Translations under genes and position numbers: made by a program
Shown here: positions 52,671 to 64,000 of the stretch, one piece after another
Position numbering within the stretch: the first letter of the stretch is position 1
How the letters are laid out: the number at the start of each line of letters is the position of its first letter
Notes under the pieces: model-generated
Told to the model about the DNA's origin: nothing
What the model saw: the letters and a program-made list of their open reading frames with translations, nothing else
Database searches by the model: none
Source: Bugula neritina
Taxonomy: Eukaryota; Animalia; Bryozoa
Assembly: GCA_964035545.1 (NCBI GenBank)
Contig: OZ037772.1
Span: 1,798,001-1,862,000 of the forward strand
Reading direction: 5' to 3'
Length of the DNA: 64,000 nucleotides

Positions 52671-54264
52671 TGCATGAATGTAGTGAAAAACAAAAAGATG
52701 TGGAAATTGAAAAGGAGACATAGGCTATACATTTGATAGGTTTAGTGAAACCAACACAGAACCCACACTTCAAGTCACTATATTTATTATTACAACAGAA
52801 TAAGGAACATCAGTAAGTAAACATAAAAAGTATCCGTTCTCAAGTCCAAACCTCCATCTGCCATCCAGTATATCTATTATCCTATACCACTATAGAAGTC
52901 GTAGAGAACTTCGGGTCAATCAGTGGTAATGGGCTTTGTATTGAGTTATATAGAAATGGTCATCAATGTTCGCCTAACGAGGCGCAATCGTTATGAGTAA
53001 TTGATTGGCTGTAGCTACAGCCAGTTTAATTTCATTGGCTAGGTGATGATTATAGCAATTAGAACAAGTGGTGGATAAAGTTAGGGGTGATATCAATACA
53101 GATATTCTTAGCAGTAACTGTATTTTGAAAAAATATTTTCTTCCAAAATATTTCAAAAGCTATGAGTTATGAATAAAAATTAACAAAATTTATCACTTTT
53201 GAATGAAAAATCTTAATAGATGCAGGTCTGACTTTTTGATATAAATCCACTCCTTTTAGACTTTGTTCTAGAGAAAGGCTCATATCACTGTATCTATTGG
53301 ATAGGAACTTGGTCTTATAGTTTTACTTGAAGCATAATTGTCTTCTCACTCTATTTCAATTCATATATGTTTATAACTCCTTGAATCTATCTGCATGATT
53401 AAAACATAATTGTCTTCTCATTAAATAATAGTTTTGCAGACTGAATGCCACCATAATTCATACACTCTTGTAAAAAATTAAAATGTTATAACAGTTTTTG
53501 GTTTATTAATATAAACTCTCAAACTCTTTTATATAAAAAAACAATTTTCAAGCTGATGAGAGAAAATATAATTTTAAGAAATATATATATATAAATAATT
53601 TTTGGCATATGAATAAATGTAAAACAATATTGCATATGGAAAGCTTTATAATGCCCAAAATTGAATTTCAATAGTAATTTATTTGCTTGTAAACATTAAT
53701 TCTTTTCTTGTTTTACTATACTTTTACCAGTTGTACAGGCACATGTAACCATTCTATTTCACACCTATAGATGCACATATAAATTATTACGTAGAATTTA
53801 GAAAATGAGCAAATGGCACAGATGAAAATTGAGTCGACCTATAATTTTTGACATTTTAGTAAATATCTGTAACCCATTGAAATACAACACTATAGTAAAA
53901 TTTGTTTCACATTTGAGTTAAAATCTTGCATTCATGCATGCTATTTAAAATATATGAATATAATTTAATATTTTTGATTAGTGGTAACTATACATGTGCA
54001 GCATTTTTTGCTATGCTATGCAATTTATTATCACATACCATTTATTTGCAATAAAATAACTTATAACACTTTTTTATTATATAGAATATTATTTTTTAGC
54101 CTGCACTTGCATAACAAACTCTTGTGACTATGTCGCCATGCCATACGCCATGCATATAAACTAACACAATTCATGGCACATATCGATCTCAGTATGTGCC
54201 ATGTTGTGTTCTTGCACAGACATCCACACGCATGCGTGAACATAAACATGAGCAAGCATATATT

Positions 54265-57200
54265 ATACTTCTCTATTGCTCTTATAAAAATTACAGCTTA
54301 TTCAATTGTTGAAATATTTACAGTTAATAATTAAAGGGGCGAGCCCACCATCTGTTGTTTAGCCTCAGCATCACAACTCTATAAAGGCTGCTAATTCACT
54401 AAATACCATTTAGAGAATTAGCTGCCCCTATAATAGAGTTGTAATATGCTGAGGCTAAACAACATTTGCAAAGATTTAACTTAAAATACATGTTGGCAAC
54501 CACATACAAGTATTGGCAGATACAAAAAAAACATTGAGCAACATATGCTTTTAGGAGTTGCATTATCAACTTCTTCCTCAGCATCATTAAAAATATATCA
54601 TTGAAAGAAGACAATTTTGGCTTTGTGTTTTCTATATGTTTATTATTGTTATAGGTCCTTATAGATACACGCGCACACACACGTCTATATACATATATAT
54701 AATATATTAATAAATAATCTAATACAATATAAGCATGATTTATTATTTTTAAAACTTTTTTCCTTGAACTGCTATAGATGCATTTTTTGACTGATGGTTA
54801 CTGCAATTTCAAAGTTAACAGATAAAGCATGTTCGAGTATTCTAGTGTTCTAGTATAATATACTAGAACATATACATGAACATATTATGTTCATGTTGAA
54901 ACGTAGCAAAAGAGTTTATGTTTTCACAAGAATTTATATGAGCAACGTAAACTAGAACTTATTAGGCAAGCTCAGTTTTATTATTTATATAGTTACTGCA
55001 TGCACCTAAATGGTGACAATTAGAATATAATATATATTCAAAGCATGAAATTATCTCAACTGGCCATTCAATCCTTTTTATTGCAGTTTGTATATGAATT
55101 TTAACAGCATTCTAGCTCAAAGCTTATGTTGATCAATTTAATTCACGGTTAGTTTGAGGTCGTGCTTTTCAGTTTCTGGCTGTTTGCCAGGTGCTTTACG
55201 TTCTATATGAACAATGTTCCACTGATACTCTATATTCCAACCTGCTGCCTAGCTAGTTCTATTTTCTTATCATAATCTTTGATGTAATTACAGAATTGGT
55301 GTGATACATTTTTTTGGCAACCATCAGAGTTATTAAATACAGTAATGGTACCTATAATAATATATTATTATCATTATAATATATTATAATATAGTATCAT
55401 GTGTTTTTTATCATATTGCGCATAATATATATTTTATTATTGTTGTTGCGCAAACAAGTGCAATTAACCTAGTTTTTAAAATGTACCTCTAAATTATCAG
55501 AATATTAGTTTAAATATTTTCATAGTTTGTTAGGTAAACCTAAAAAAAGAGGCTGTATTCCCAAAGTAAAGGGTGTTGAAATATGAACTATATTAGATTA
55601 GCCACTCTGCTACCAAGTGCATCAGTATATAATATATGGCTAGCTGTAATGCTTTGTCTCCTGTGGCTGGCTGTGATCTGTTAACTTGGCCAACTTCCAA
55701 GAGTTTAAAATTGGCGCAATTATTCAAGAGGTTAGTTATATACACACTGCAGAGAGCCAGCACGTGGTCATACTAACCTTGCTATTATCAGTACTTATTA
55801 TATACAACTGCCAGTTGGGGTAGGCTACCAACACCAAATTTTGCTCCATAATATACCTTAAACACAATGCAGCAACATAATTTTTAGTTTCAAATTACAA
55901 TGCCACCCTTACAGGAGCTGTGGGCTTCATAAACATTCATATGATTAGAGAGTTATGCTATAGGCCCTATAACTGTGCTAGTCTATGAAGAAAAAACACA
56001 CCATTGTCAAAGTTTACTTCAAGTATGTTGTTTTCCAAAAACTCAGTTTTGTCCATCACTCTTTTGCATACAAATACTTATGTAATAACATACAGTTCAA
56101 GTTTTATTTTGGAGCACATCTGCAAACTCTACAATAATAGGCAAGAGCATGCTTTACCAGTCTATTTCAGACCTGTTTTTGTAGCTAGTAATATGCAAGC
56201 TATACTTATTTTTTAACTTTTGGGTTATTTGTTCAAAACCATTAGCTTTGCTAGTAACCCGAGACTATTGCAACAGTTTATGAAAATAGCTAGCCACTGC
56301 TATAGTCAACATTAATTGACAGCCTAATAATTAAAACCCATATTTTGAGGCTCCAAATATTTATGTAATGATAGTTTCTAATATAGTGCTCATACTATTC
56401 ATGATGGCTGTGTGGTCCAGAGGTTAAAGGCGCCAGTGATGTGTTTGTTGGTGGTGGTTCAACCCTACTCTGTGGCAAATTTTTTTGTCAACTTATGCAA
56501 ATCCTACTCATGCATAATAAATATGGCTATTTTGAAATATTATTATTCAACAGGAGGACAACATACATGCATACTAATTAGTTACTGAACACTGCATGGG
56601 CTAAACCTTAAATTGATTTTATGGAATACAATGTACATAAATGAATTATATGTGAGTTAGAGAAACTGAAAGTGCACCTGCTGCACTATAGACAGACCTT
56701 TACTGACAAGACTGCAAAGTGAAGTGAGGTGATTTAGCTGAAATTAACTCTGCCAAACAAACGAAGAACTATGTTTTGCTGAGGCATTTTCAACAGATTG
56801 TAACATGGTGAGAAGATGCAACTAACTGCTAATGTAAAATAGGGTACATTACATTGGCAGATATCCAATATATTGCCAATTTGTGCGAGAGGGTACTATA
56901 TGTTATTGTGATAGCGCACAGAGCAGCAAACGTACTAGGAACGTTATAATTAGTCACAGGAGCGTAACTAGAACCACTATATGAAGAATTTAGATAATTG
57001 CAGTGAAACTTGAAAAATGGTGTACGTTTTGACCAAATTGTGAAGAGCATAAACATAATTTCGAAAAACAAAGAAAGATATTAGAGAAAACATATCAAGG
57101 AATGTCAAGTTTGAATTTCATCATTAAAATAGGAATTAGATATCATATTATGTGCAAACTTTCATAATTGTAAGCTGATCACTGTAGCACTTCGAGTATT

Positions 57201-57962
57201 CATGACTTTCATCATTCCAAAGCCATCCACTATAGCAAATTTATGTTCTGAAACCTACTAGCAGTTGCTGGCATGGGCTACTTGTTTGTGTTACTCAAGT
57301 GATAAGAGCATTGTGTGAACTAATTAACAGCTATGTGCAATTCCTATTCAGATTTTATTACCAACACTTGTTGCTGCTATTATCATTTGCGGTTGCTTCA
57401 TTAAATAGGTTGTCTGGAAATTCACTTATTACTAGTAAGTATGTACATGCTATAACTGGGAGAACTAGTATATCTTCATACAGCAATTATATTATGGCTG
57501 GCCAAGCATTGATCAACCTTTATCAACAGCTCCTCAATTTCTGCAAGTGCACATCAAAATGTACATCACAAATCAATGTTTTATAAACTAAAATGTCAAA
57601 GCACATTAGCGTCAGAGTTCATGCTGCAGTGGGTTACCAACATGTAAACTGGGCAAGTGGCTGAGCCAGCAGTTTATAATATCAGTATATTCATTATGCT
57701 TTGAACTATAAAATCTTAGCTAGAACTTTATTATAGCTCTTCGACTTTAAAAAATTCAAGCTGCATATATTAAACTAAGATATGGTCATACCAGTTATGT
57801 AAACATAAACTAGAATAACCTGGTATTCAGTGAATTAGCAGCCTCTATAGAGTTATGATGCTGAGGCTAAACAACGGATGATGGGCTCACCCCTTTAATT
57901 ATTAACTGTAAATATTTCAACAATTAAAAGCTGTAATTTTTATAAGAGCAATAGAGAAGTAT
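54265..57962. mobile_element. 3.7-kb segment bounded by ~140-bp inverted repeats
   Basis: 54265-54408 is the reverse complement of 57821-57962 (core TTAAAGGGGCGAGCCCACCATCTGTTGTTTAGCCTCAGCATC). No TSD seen. Confidence 0.6.
55130..55750 (-). pseudogene. Possible decayed Ulp1-like (C48) protease fragment
   Basis: AIYYILMHL...SYFNTLYF, GTITVFNNS..QFCNYIKDY and WNIVHIERKAPGKQPETEKHD resemble Ulp1 motifs. Stops and frameshifts are present, and no catalytic HW or DC was seen here. Confidence 0.3.
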
Positions 57963-58189
57963 TAAATAAGACAATCAGCATGAATCTCACAAATCCTTTA
58001 TTCAGTGACTGAGAATAATTTGTATAATAATTATTTGCTGTGAAAGATTCAAGCACTTAGAATGCTTAGGTTCAAAGTTAGTGTCATTTCCTGAGGCAAG
58101 TGAAGTGATATGAAAATTGAGAAAAACATGTATTATACAGGTTATAAACTTAGCAAGAAAAGTTATGTTATTGCGATAATTAGGAAAAT

Positions 58190-61100
58190 TAAAGACCTTA
58201 GTCTATCTCAATTTCTCCACTAATGCATCTACATATCAGCCGATTTCTTCACCACTTATCAGGAGCAAACTGGGAGGCAGACCAAGATATCTACAATAAT
58301 AAAAATAACATGGGGAATTAAGAATTTATATGTACAGCTTTTCTGAAACAACTTGTTTCTATACCAGAAATCGATTGACAATGACCATTAAAGCAGTAAT
58401 TAGTGAAACTGAAAAACCTCAAAACAAAAATTTCATAAAAAACATAACACTTGTGGTAGAACTATGAGTACTAGTAGATGAGACTACAACAAAACTTTAC
58501 TTTTTAGCACAATGGCTGGTATTTTATGTAATGAATCTGCAAAAGCAAATATCCAAATTATTGTATGAGCTATGTACAATGAAGGGAGAGTAGACAGTCT
58601 TCTATGTAGGCAGTAAGTTGGGGGTTAATGGGGTTGACCAGCAGTGAGGAACACCTTGAATGGCAATAAAGACTGTAGGTCAGAGCATATTGATAGGTTG
58701 TAAACATAAATTTACATCAGAGGTTACTTGCTGCAACATAATGACAACGTAATATGAACCTGGTTTTTACCACTATTGTGAATTTGTCAATGCACTAACT
58801 TGAGTGGATGTTTACATGATCTAAATGCAGAATTGCACTAAATAACCCCTAGAAATGATCTGGTACGTTCCTGGTAAACCTAACAAATAAATATTTAGAC
58901 ATGACATTCCTAAAATGTTGCAAATTGGAGTTTTGAAGTCAATCTCAAATCCTAAAACACCAAAAATGCAACACCTAATAAAACGCTTACAGAAAGCGAA
59001 AATAATGTATATAATTGGCTGCTTGTGACACATTATTAAAAGAATAATTCATTTCCAAATGCTAATTTACATTTTCAATGGGGTTATATAGGTGATTTCA
59101 GACCTGTACTAAAAAGTCTATCACAGCAGCATATTGTTAAACTGGAGCAGATGTGAAAAAACTAAGTATTTTCACTAAATATGATTGATGTTATACACTA
59201 AGTTACCAAGCATTGCATTTCCAAATTGATTTTTCATTAAAATATGTTTGGAAAGATGAGACCCCAACCATAAGTAAATGCAAACCACAAGCACAAGTCC
59301 ATATGTATGAGCATCCATTCCCATAATGCAAAATCAAAATGGAATGATAGTAAGTTTAAAACCTTGCACCATTATCATGTAGCCAGTTTACCTGAACTGG
59401 TGTAGAAAACCCTTGTGCTAACCTCTTCTATGCTATAATTCAAATATCGGAGCTCTTAGTTTTCCTGGTGAAAGATGGATCGGGCAACTTTCCTTCAACA
59501 CTAAAAAGAAATAATAGTACATGAGAATATTATACACTAACCATTAAAATGACAATCAAAAATACCAAATATGAATTATGAAGTTTTGGGAAAATACAAA
59601 CAAGATCAGCCAACATTAAATATGAATTAGCCACCTTTAGGGTCAAAACAATTATCAACAAGCTATGAAGCCCTTTATCAAACTATAAACAATGAACCAA
59701 TGGCTGCCAGGTCTGCTTTCTACATTGAAACAGATTTTTAAGTTTCTGGCAATATGACCAACAAGTTTTGCAGAGTCTGAGATGGTTAGGCCAAGTGTAC
59801 AGAATGGGAAATAGTTGGTGACCAAGACAGCTGCTTTACTCTCAATTGAAAGATGAAGAAAGAAATAGGGGAGGCCTAGAGAGAGGGGGGGGGGAGGCAG
59901 AGAGAGACCTAGCAATATCAAAATTAGCTATACATGCCGAGTCTCTGCCACTTGCTACTGTAGCATTTTAACGATATTGCGTACCATTATAATAATTTAC
60001 TACTATTTTTGTAAAGTTATTTGATGCAAAATTAACAAGTGACTAAAAATAATACATGAAACATAACATGATACATTTACAGCATTGAACTCAAATAATT
60101 CAAAACCTACACTGAATAATTGTTCAACTAACATCACATGAAAATATGTGTCTATTCCTACATATGTTCAGCTGGTTTTAATGCATGGTTGCCTCTTCAG
60201 CATTACATCAGAGAGCAGCATTTTGCGATAGCCTCTGGAATAGTTAATCGGAATTTAAACTTAGTGAACACAAAACAATAGATTACGTACTACAATGGTG
60301 CTCACTACAGATTAGACATCTGCTCAAGTAGATACTGGAGATTTTAGGTTTTTCATAGCATTTAACACCTACCCACACTTTCTGAGCTTCAAATTTGTAC
60401 AACATTATTTTGTTTTCCTCTAGTTTCATAGTTCTTTTGATAGTCTATTAGTGGTTAGCAAACAGACTAAAAAGAAATGATCTTCATTTCCAATGGTCTA
60501 AAATATAATACAAATAGATATAAATTTCATTACAAGGAGCAGCTGTGGCCTAGGGTTTAGAAATCTGGTTTAGTAAGCCAGTAGTCATGGGTTCACTGCC
60601 CAGTAAAAGCCATCTTTGATGTTAAGCATCCACATCCAGTAAAACTGTGCAGGGGAGTAATAAATTATGCTAACTTCTTTTAGCATGCAAATTTACGATT
60701 ATAAAAAGCTTATAAATGAATGCTACATTTTAACAGTGAACAAATAGTAAATGAACAAATGTGTTCGAAAGCATTAAAAACTAATAAAATTAACCCTGCC
60801 ATCCAATACTGCCAAGAACTTTAGACTAGAGAACAAGCGTTTCATGCTTAAAGTTGGAGAATGATGCTGTAAGGTGCTGATGTGTAACAAATAACTGAAG
60901 GTCACGAATACTTTTCCTTGGGGAGTTAGTGGCCACAGCCTGAGTTTAGGAAAATTTTCACTCACTTGAACACGTGTCCATGAGCATAGCTCACAATAAG
61001 GAGAATCACCGTTTCAGTGCGCCCTAGAAAAAAGATAGTGTCAATATATGAAATTGTGAGAAGCAAATTATAACAATAGCTAAATAAGGCAAAAATGTTA

Positions 61101-62443
61101 AGAAATTATATGTATACTCTAGAAGTTATCATGTAACAGATAAATGCATAATTGACAACTGATTGAATAAACATAGATGACCAATAATTTCACTTCACTT
61201 AAATATAATATAAAATACTAGCGATTATTTGAAACACAAATGACCCAAATATTTTTTAGAATTTGATTGGACAATTTGAATAATTTACCATTGATTATAG
61301 AGATGACTTTGAGGGTGTAAGCTACAAATTTTTTAACCATTGTATTGTTACACAATTGGCAAGTTGATGGGAGTAGAGACAGCCTTTCACCTAAAACATA
61401 GATTACAAGCTAAAACAGTGTTTTAGCTTAAAACAACACATTATAAATTGTTGGGTATAAAAAATGCAAAATAATAGTAACAACACCTAAAATTGGTGAT
61501 GGCTGGTTAATTAAAATAAAAGTTACTAAAAATTACCTACTAATCAAGAGTTTCCTAGTTCCCATGCCAGTAATTGTATTCCTATGAAGAATTGATCGGA
61601 TTTTGTCCCATTTAACTGAGGTAGCCTCTATATACATTGGTGCTCTTTGAGGCTGTCGGGCATACTGCTCAAGGAGTTCTAACAATTGTTGAACATCTGA
61701 AAACATAAACAGCCTTAAATTGTAGTAAAAAAGTTAGCATATATATAGGTGTCTGACAGTATTTTGAAAGTGAGATAAAGAAGTTGTATGTACAATTCAT
61801 TACATTCTATGAGCCATAAATACATGAATATTATCAGGTGCTTATTGGCTGTAAAAAGCCTAATTTGGACTTAATATTATTTATTCGTGTTTTTACAAGT
61901 TGATTAGGTGGCTAAAATACAAAATTAGGTAGGAAACTTTACGTTCACGCAATAATTTTTCATTTTCGCCATTTACAGTACTACAACATTTAGGATCATT
62001 GTGTGATGGTTATGTTTATCAAAATCTAAAATGAACATATCAAAATTGTGCAGCAAAAATTGTGCCAGTACAAAAACAACATTTATGTATTCACCAGAAC
62101 TTTTCTTTAGAATAGATGTAAAAATAACCTGTCAATTGCTCTGAGGCAGCTTTTTTCAACTCATCACTTATATTTTCAGCTTGGTCTAACAGGTTTGTGA
62201 CAATTCTAAAAGATTGAACAAATTCAATATTGTGTATGGAGAAAACTGATTAAAAACCAAGCTACAAAACTCATCATAGTTAGTATAACATGCACTTACT
62301 TTCTTGACGCCTTTTCAATCATCGTTTTTCAAGTTGCAAATTGTTTCAGTACCATTTTTGATTTTATCTTCCTCGATACCTTTTTCTGCCAAAGCCTCAA
62401 GTTGGGATAAACAGACTGAATAGCTTTATTCATCGTTATCCAT
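58190..62443 (-). pseudogene. Decayed multi-exon gene, possibly KDZ/Zisupton-type transposase
   Basis: Phase-compatible exons ~62300-62443, 62130-62205, 61537-61696 and ~60795-61023 give ...KIVTNLLDQAENISDELKKAASEQLTDVQQLLELLEQY...PYCELCSW...LRLWPLTP..VFVTFSYLLHISTLQHHSPTLSMKRLFSSL, with in-frame stops. Further broken exons lie downstream. Confidence 0.35.
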
Positions 62444-64000
62444 GGTCTATAAATCATTTTAAACAAATATTTTCAACTTGTTAATGGTTATGCATATATT
62501 TTTATATTTTGAGAATGACCATTATGAACATCTTATTTTCAACTATGACTAGGACACTCATAGTAATAGTGAACCCTAATTATCTATACACCAATATTGT
62601 TCACTACATTCTTAACAGTTAAATACATATAATAATATTCAGAAACATAATATACCCCGTGTTAATTAGCTATATGCAATTTCACCAGCTCCAGGCTAGG
62701 ATCCCAATTCATTGCAAAACTTCTTTTTATTACTATTGCGTCGATTATAAGTGAGTAAATACTTATAGTTATACTCATAGTGTTTTCATCAAGAATGAAC
62801 CTAAATTGTAGTTAGTTAGTCACTCACACTGGGTAACTTTTAAATTTATTGCATTATGATTATAATTATTGGAACAGAAAACAACGAAGTTCCAAATTGA
62901 AAGAGAAAGAATCAGTACTGTAAGTGATTATAACTAAATATAAGTTAACGGACTGAGACTACCATTAGATTTTTCTTAGTAAACAAACGCATAATCAATT
63001 AATAATGAAATATAACTTGATACCAACTCATAGTCATAGGGCGTAGTGATAGTCATAAAAATTATCTATTACAGCATTAGATTAGACTTACTCTTACTAC
63101 CTACTGGTAATACTAATTGAGTAATCAGTAATAGTAATAACTAACTATTAAGGTATTAGACATCAGAACTACTAGTAGGTCTACTAGTACTACTACTAGT
63201 AACTAGAGTACTACTACTACTACTAGTACTACTGTACTACTACTACTACTACTAGTACTACTACGTCTACTGTACTAGTAGTAATAATAATTTATATCAA
63301 AAATGAGCACATTGTTTTACTAATAATATTATCAACCTAATAGCAATAGTACCAACCTGATTCGTAATGGGTTTTCTTGAAGAATGGAACTAGATTGTAA
63401 TTACTAACATGTGTATACTGTACATACTAAATTAGTCTCTAATAATATATTATTATGAAACTTATGATTATCGCCCCATTTGCGGAGCAGTTAGGCCGAA
63501 TTTATTATGAACACAAGAGGCGAGTAAGCTTGCGCAGATAAATTACTGGCCACTATGATAGACTAGACCTGTTTTGACCGAATATCGGTTTTACTTGAAC
63601 CTCGCCCCAAGGTCCAATGCCTAATCGGAGTCCGCTGCTCCTTTGATCAAATGACCCAAAGATCCAATTTAAATTAGGAATACCATAGGCGTACTCAAAC
63701 TTATAGGCTAGGGCATATGCATGGTTATTATTGAAAAATAGATTAATAATTATTAGTAATACTACTACTAATAGTAATACTAATACGAATGCACTAATGG
63801 TAATAGTTATAATGTCACGATTAGACATTACATTTGCTCTTACTCTTAGTTAATGTTATACTTATAATAATAATAATCATATTTATAAATATGAATATCA
63901 CTCTCTCTCTGACTCTCACTCTAAGTCTAAGTCTATCAGTATCACTATCAGTATCACTGCCAGTATAGCTATAACTATTACTATAAGTATCACTCAATCA

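Noticed and set aside
56403-56480. tRNA genes here and at ~28894 and ~60536
   Set aside because: Only A/B-box-like motifs with no convincing cloverleaf; better explained as SINE or repeat heads.
59655-59800. Polinton/adenain protease from NVESRPGSHW
   Set aside because: No following FDS.G motif and no PolB, integrase or capsid genes; kept only as a weak motif in the decayed gene.

Overview
AT-rich, intron-containing animal (invertebrate-like) genomic DNA. All readings below are by eye, without alignment or database tools. The window is a mosaic of gene relics and transposons around one apparently intact host gene, a 7-coding-exon TRIM-type RING/B-box/coiled-coil/beta-propeller gene (12446-20122, +). 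The gene relics are: a MADF-domain gene cut off at ~904 by a ~5.1 kb segmental duplicate of a fibrillar (COLFI) collagen; a second, longer collagen copy (42801-50322) with Cys-rich N-terminal exons and only ~290 Gly-X-Y residues; a 3'-truncated valyl-tRNA synthetase pseudogene (-); a decayed coiled-coil/PACT-like gene (-); and a decayed multi-exon minus-strand gene with KDZ/Zisupton-like and Ulp1-like motifs. Both collagen copies carry lesions, some shared. Mobile elements include a complete 6.6 kb P-element (8-bp TSD) whose 11-exon THAP transposase is intact except for a LINE inserted in exon 1, a solo LTR inside a satellite, further LINE fragments, MITEs and SINE-like pieces. Many minisatellites are present, several seeded exactly at splice junctions. 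The long ORFs at 6.4-8.7 kb are satellite artefacts.
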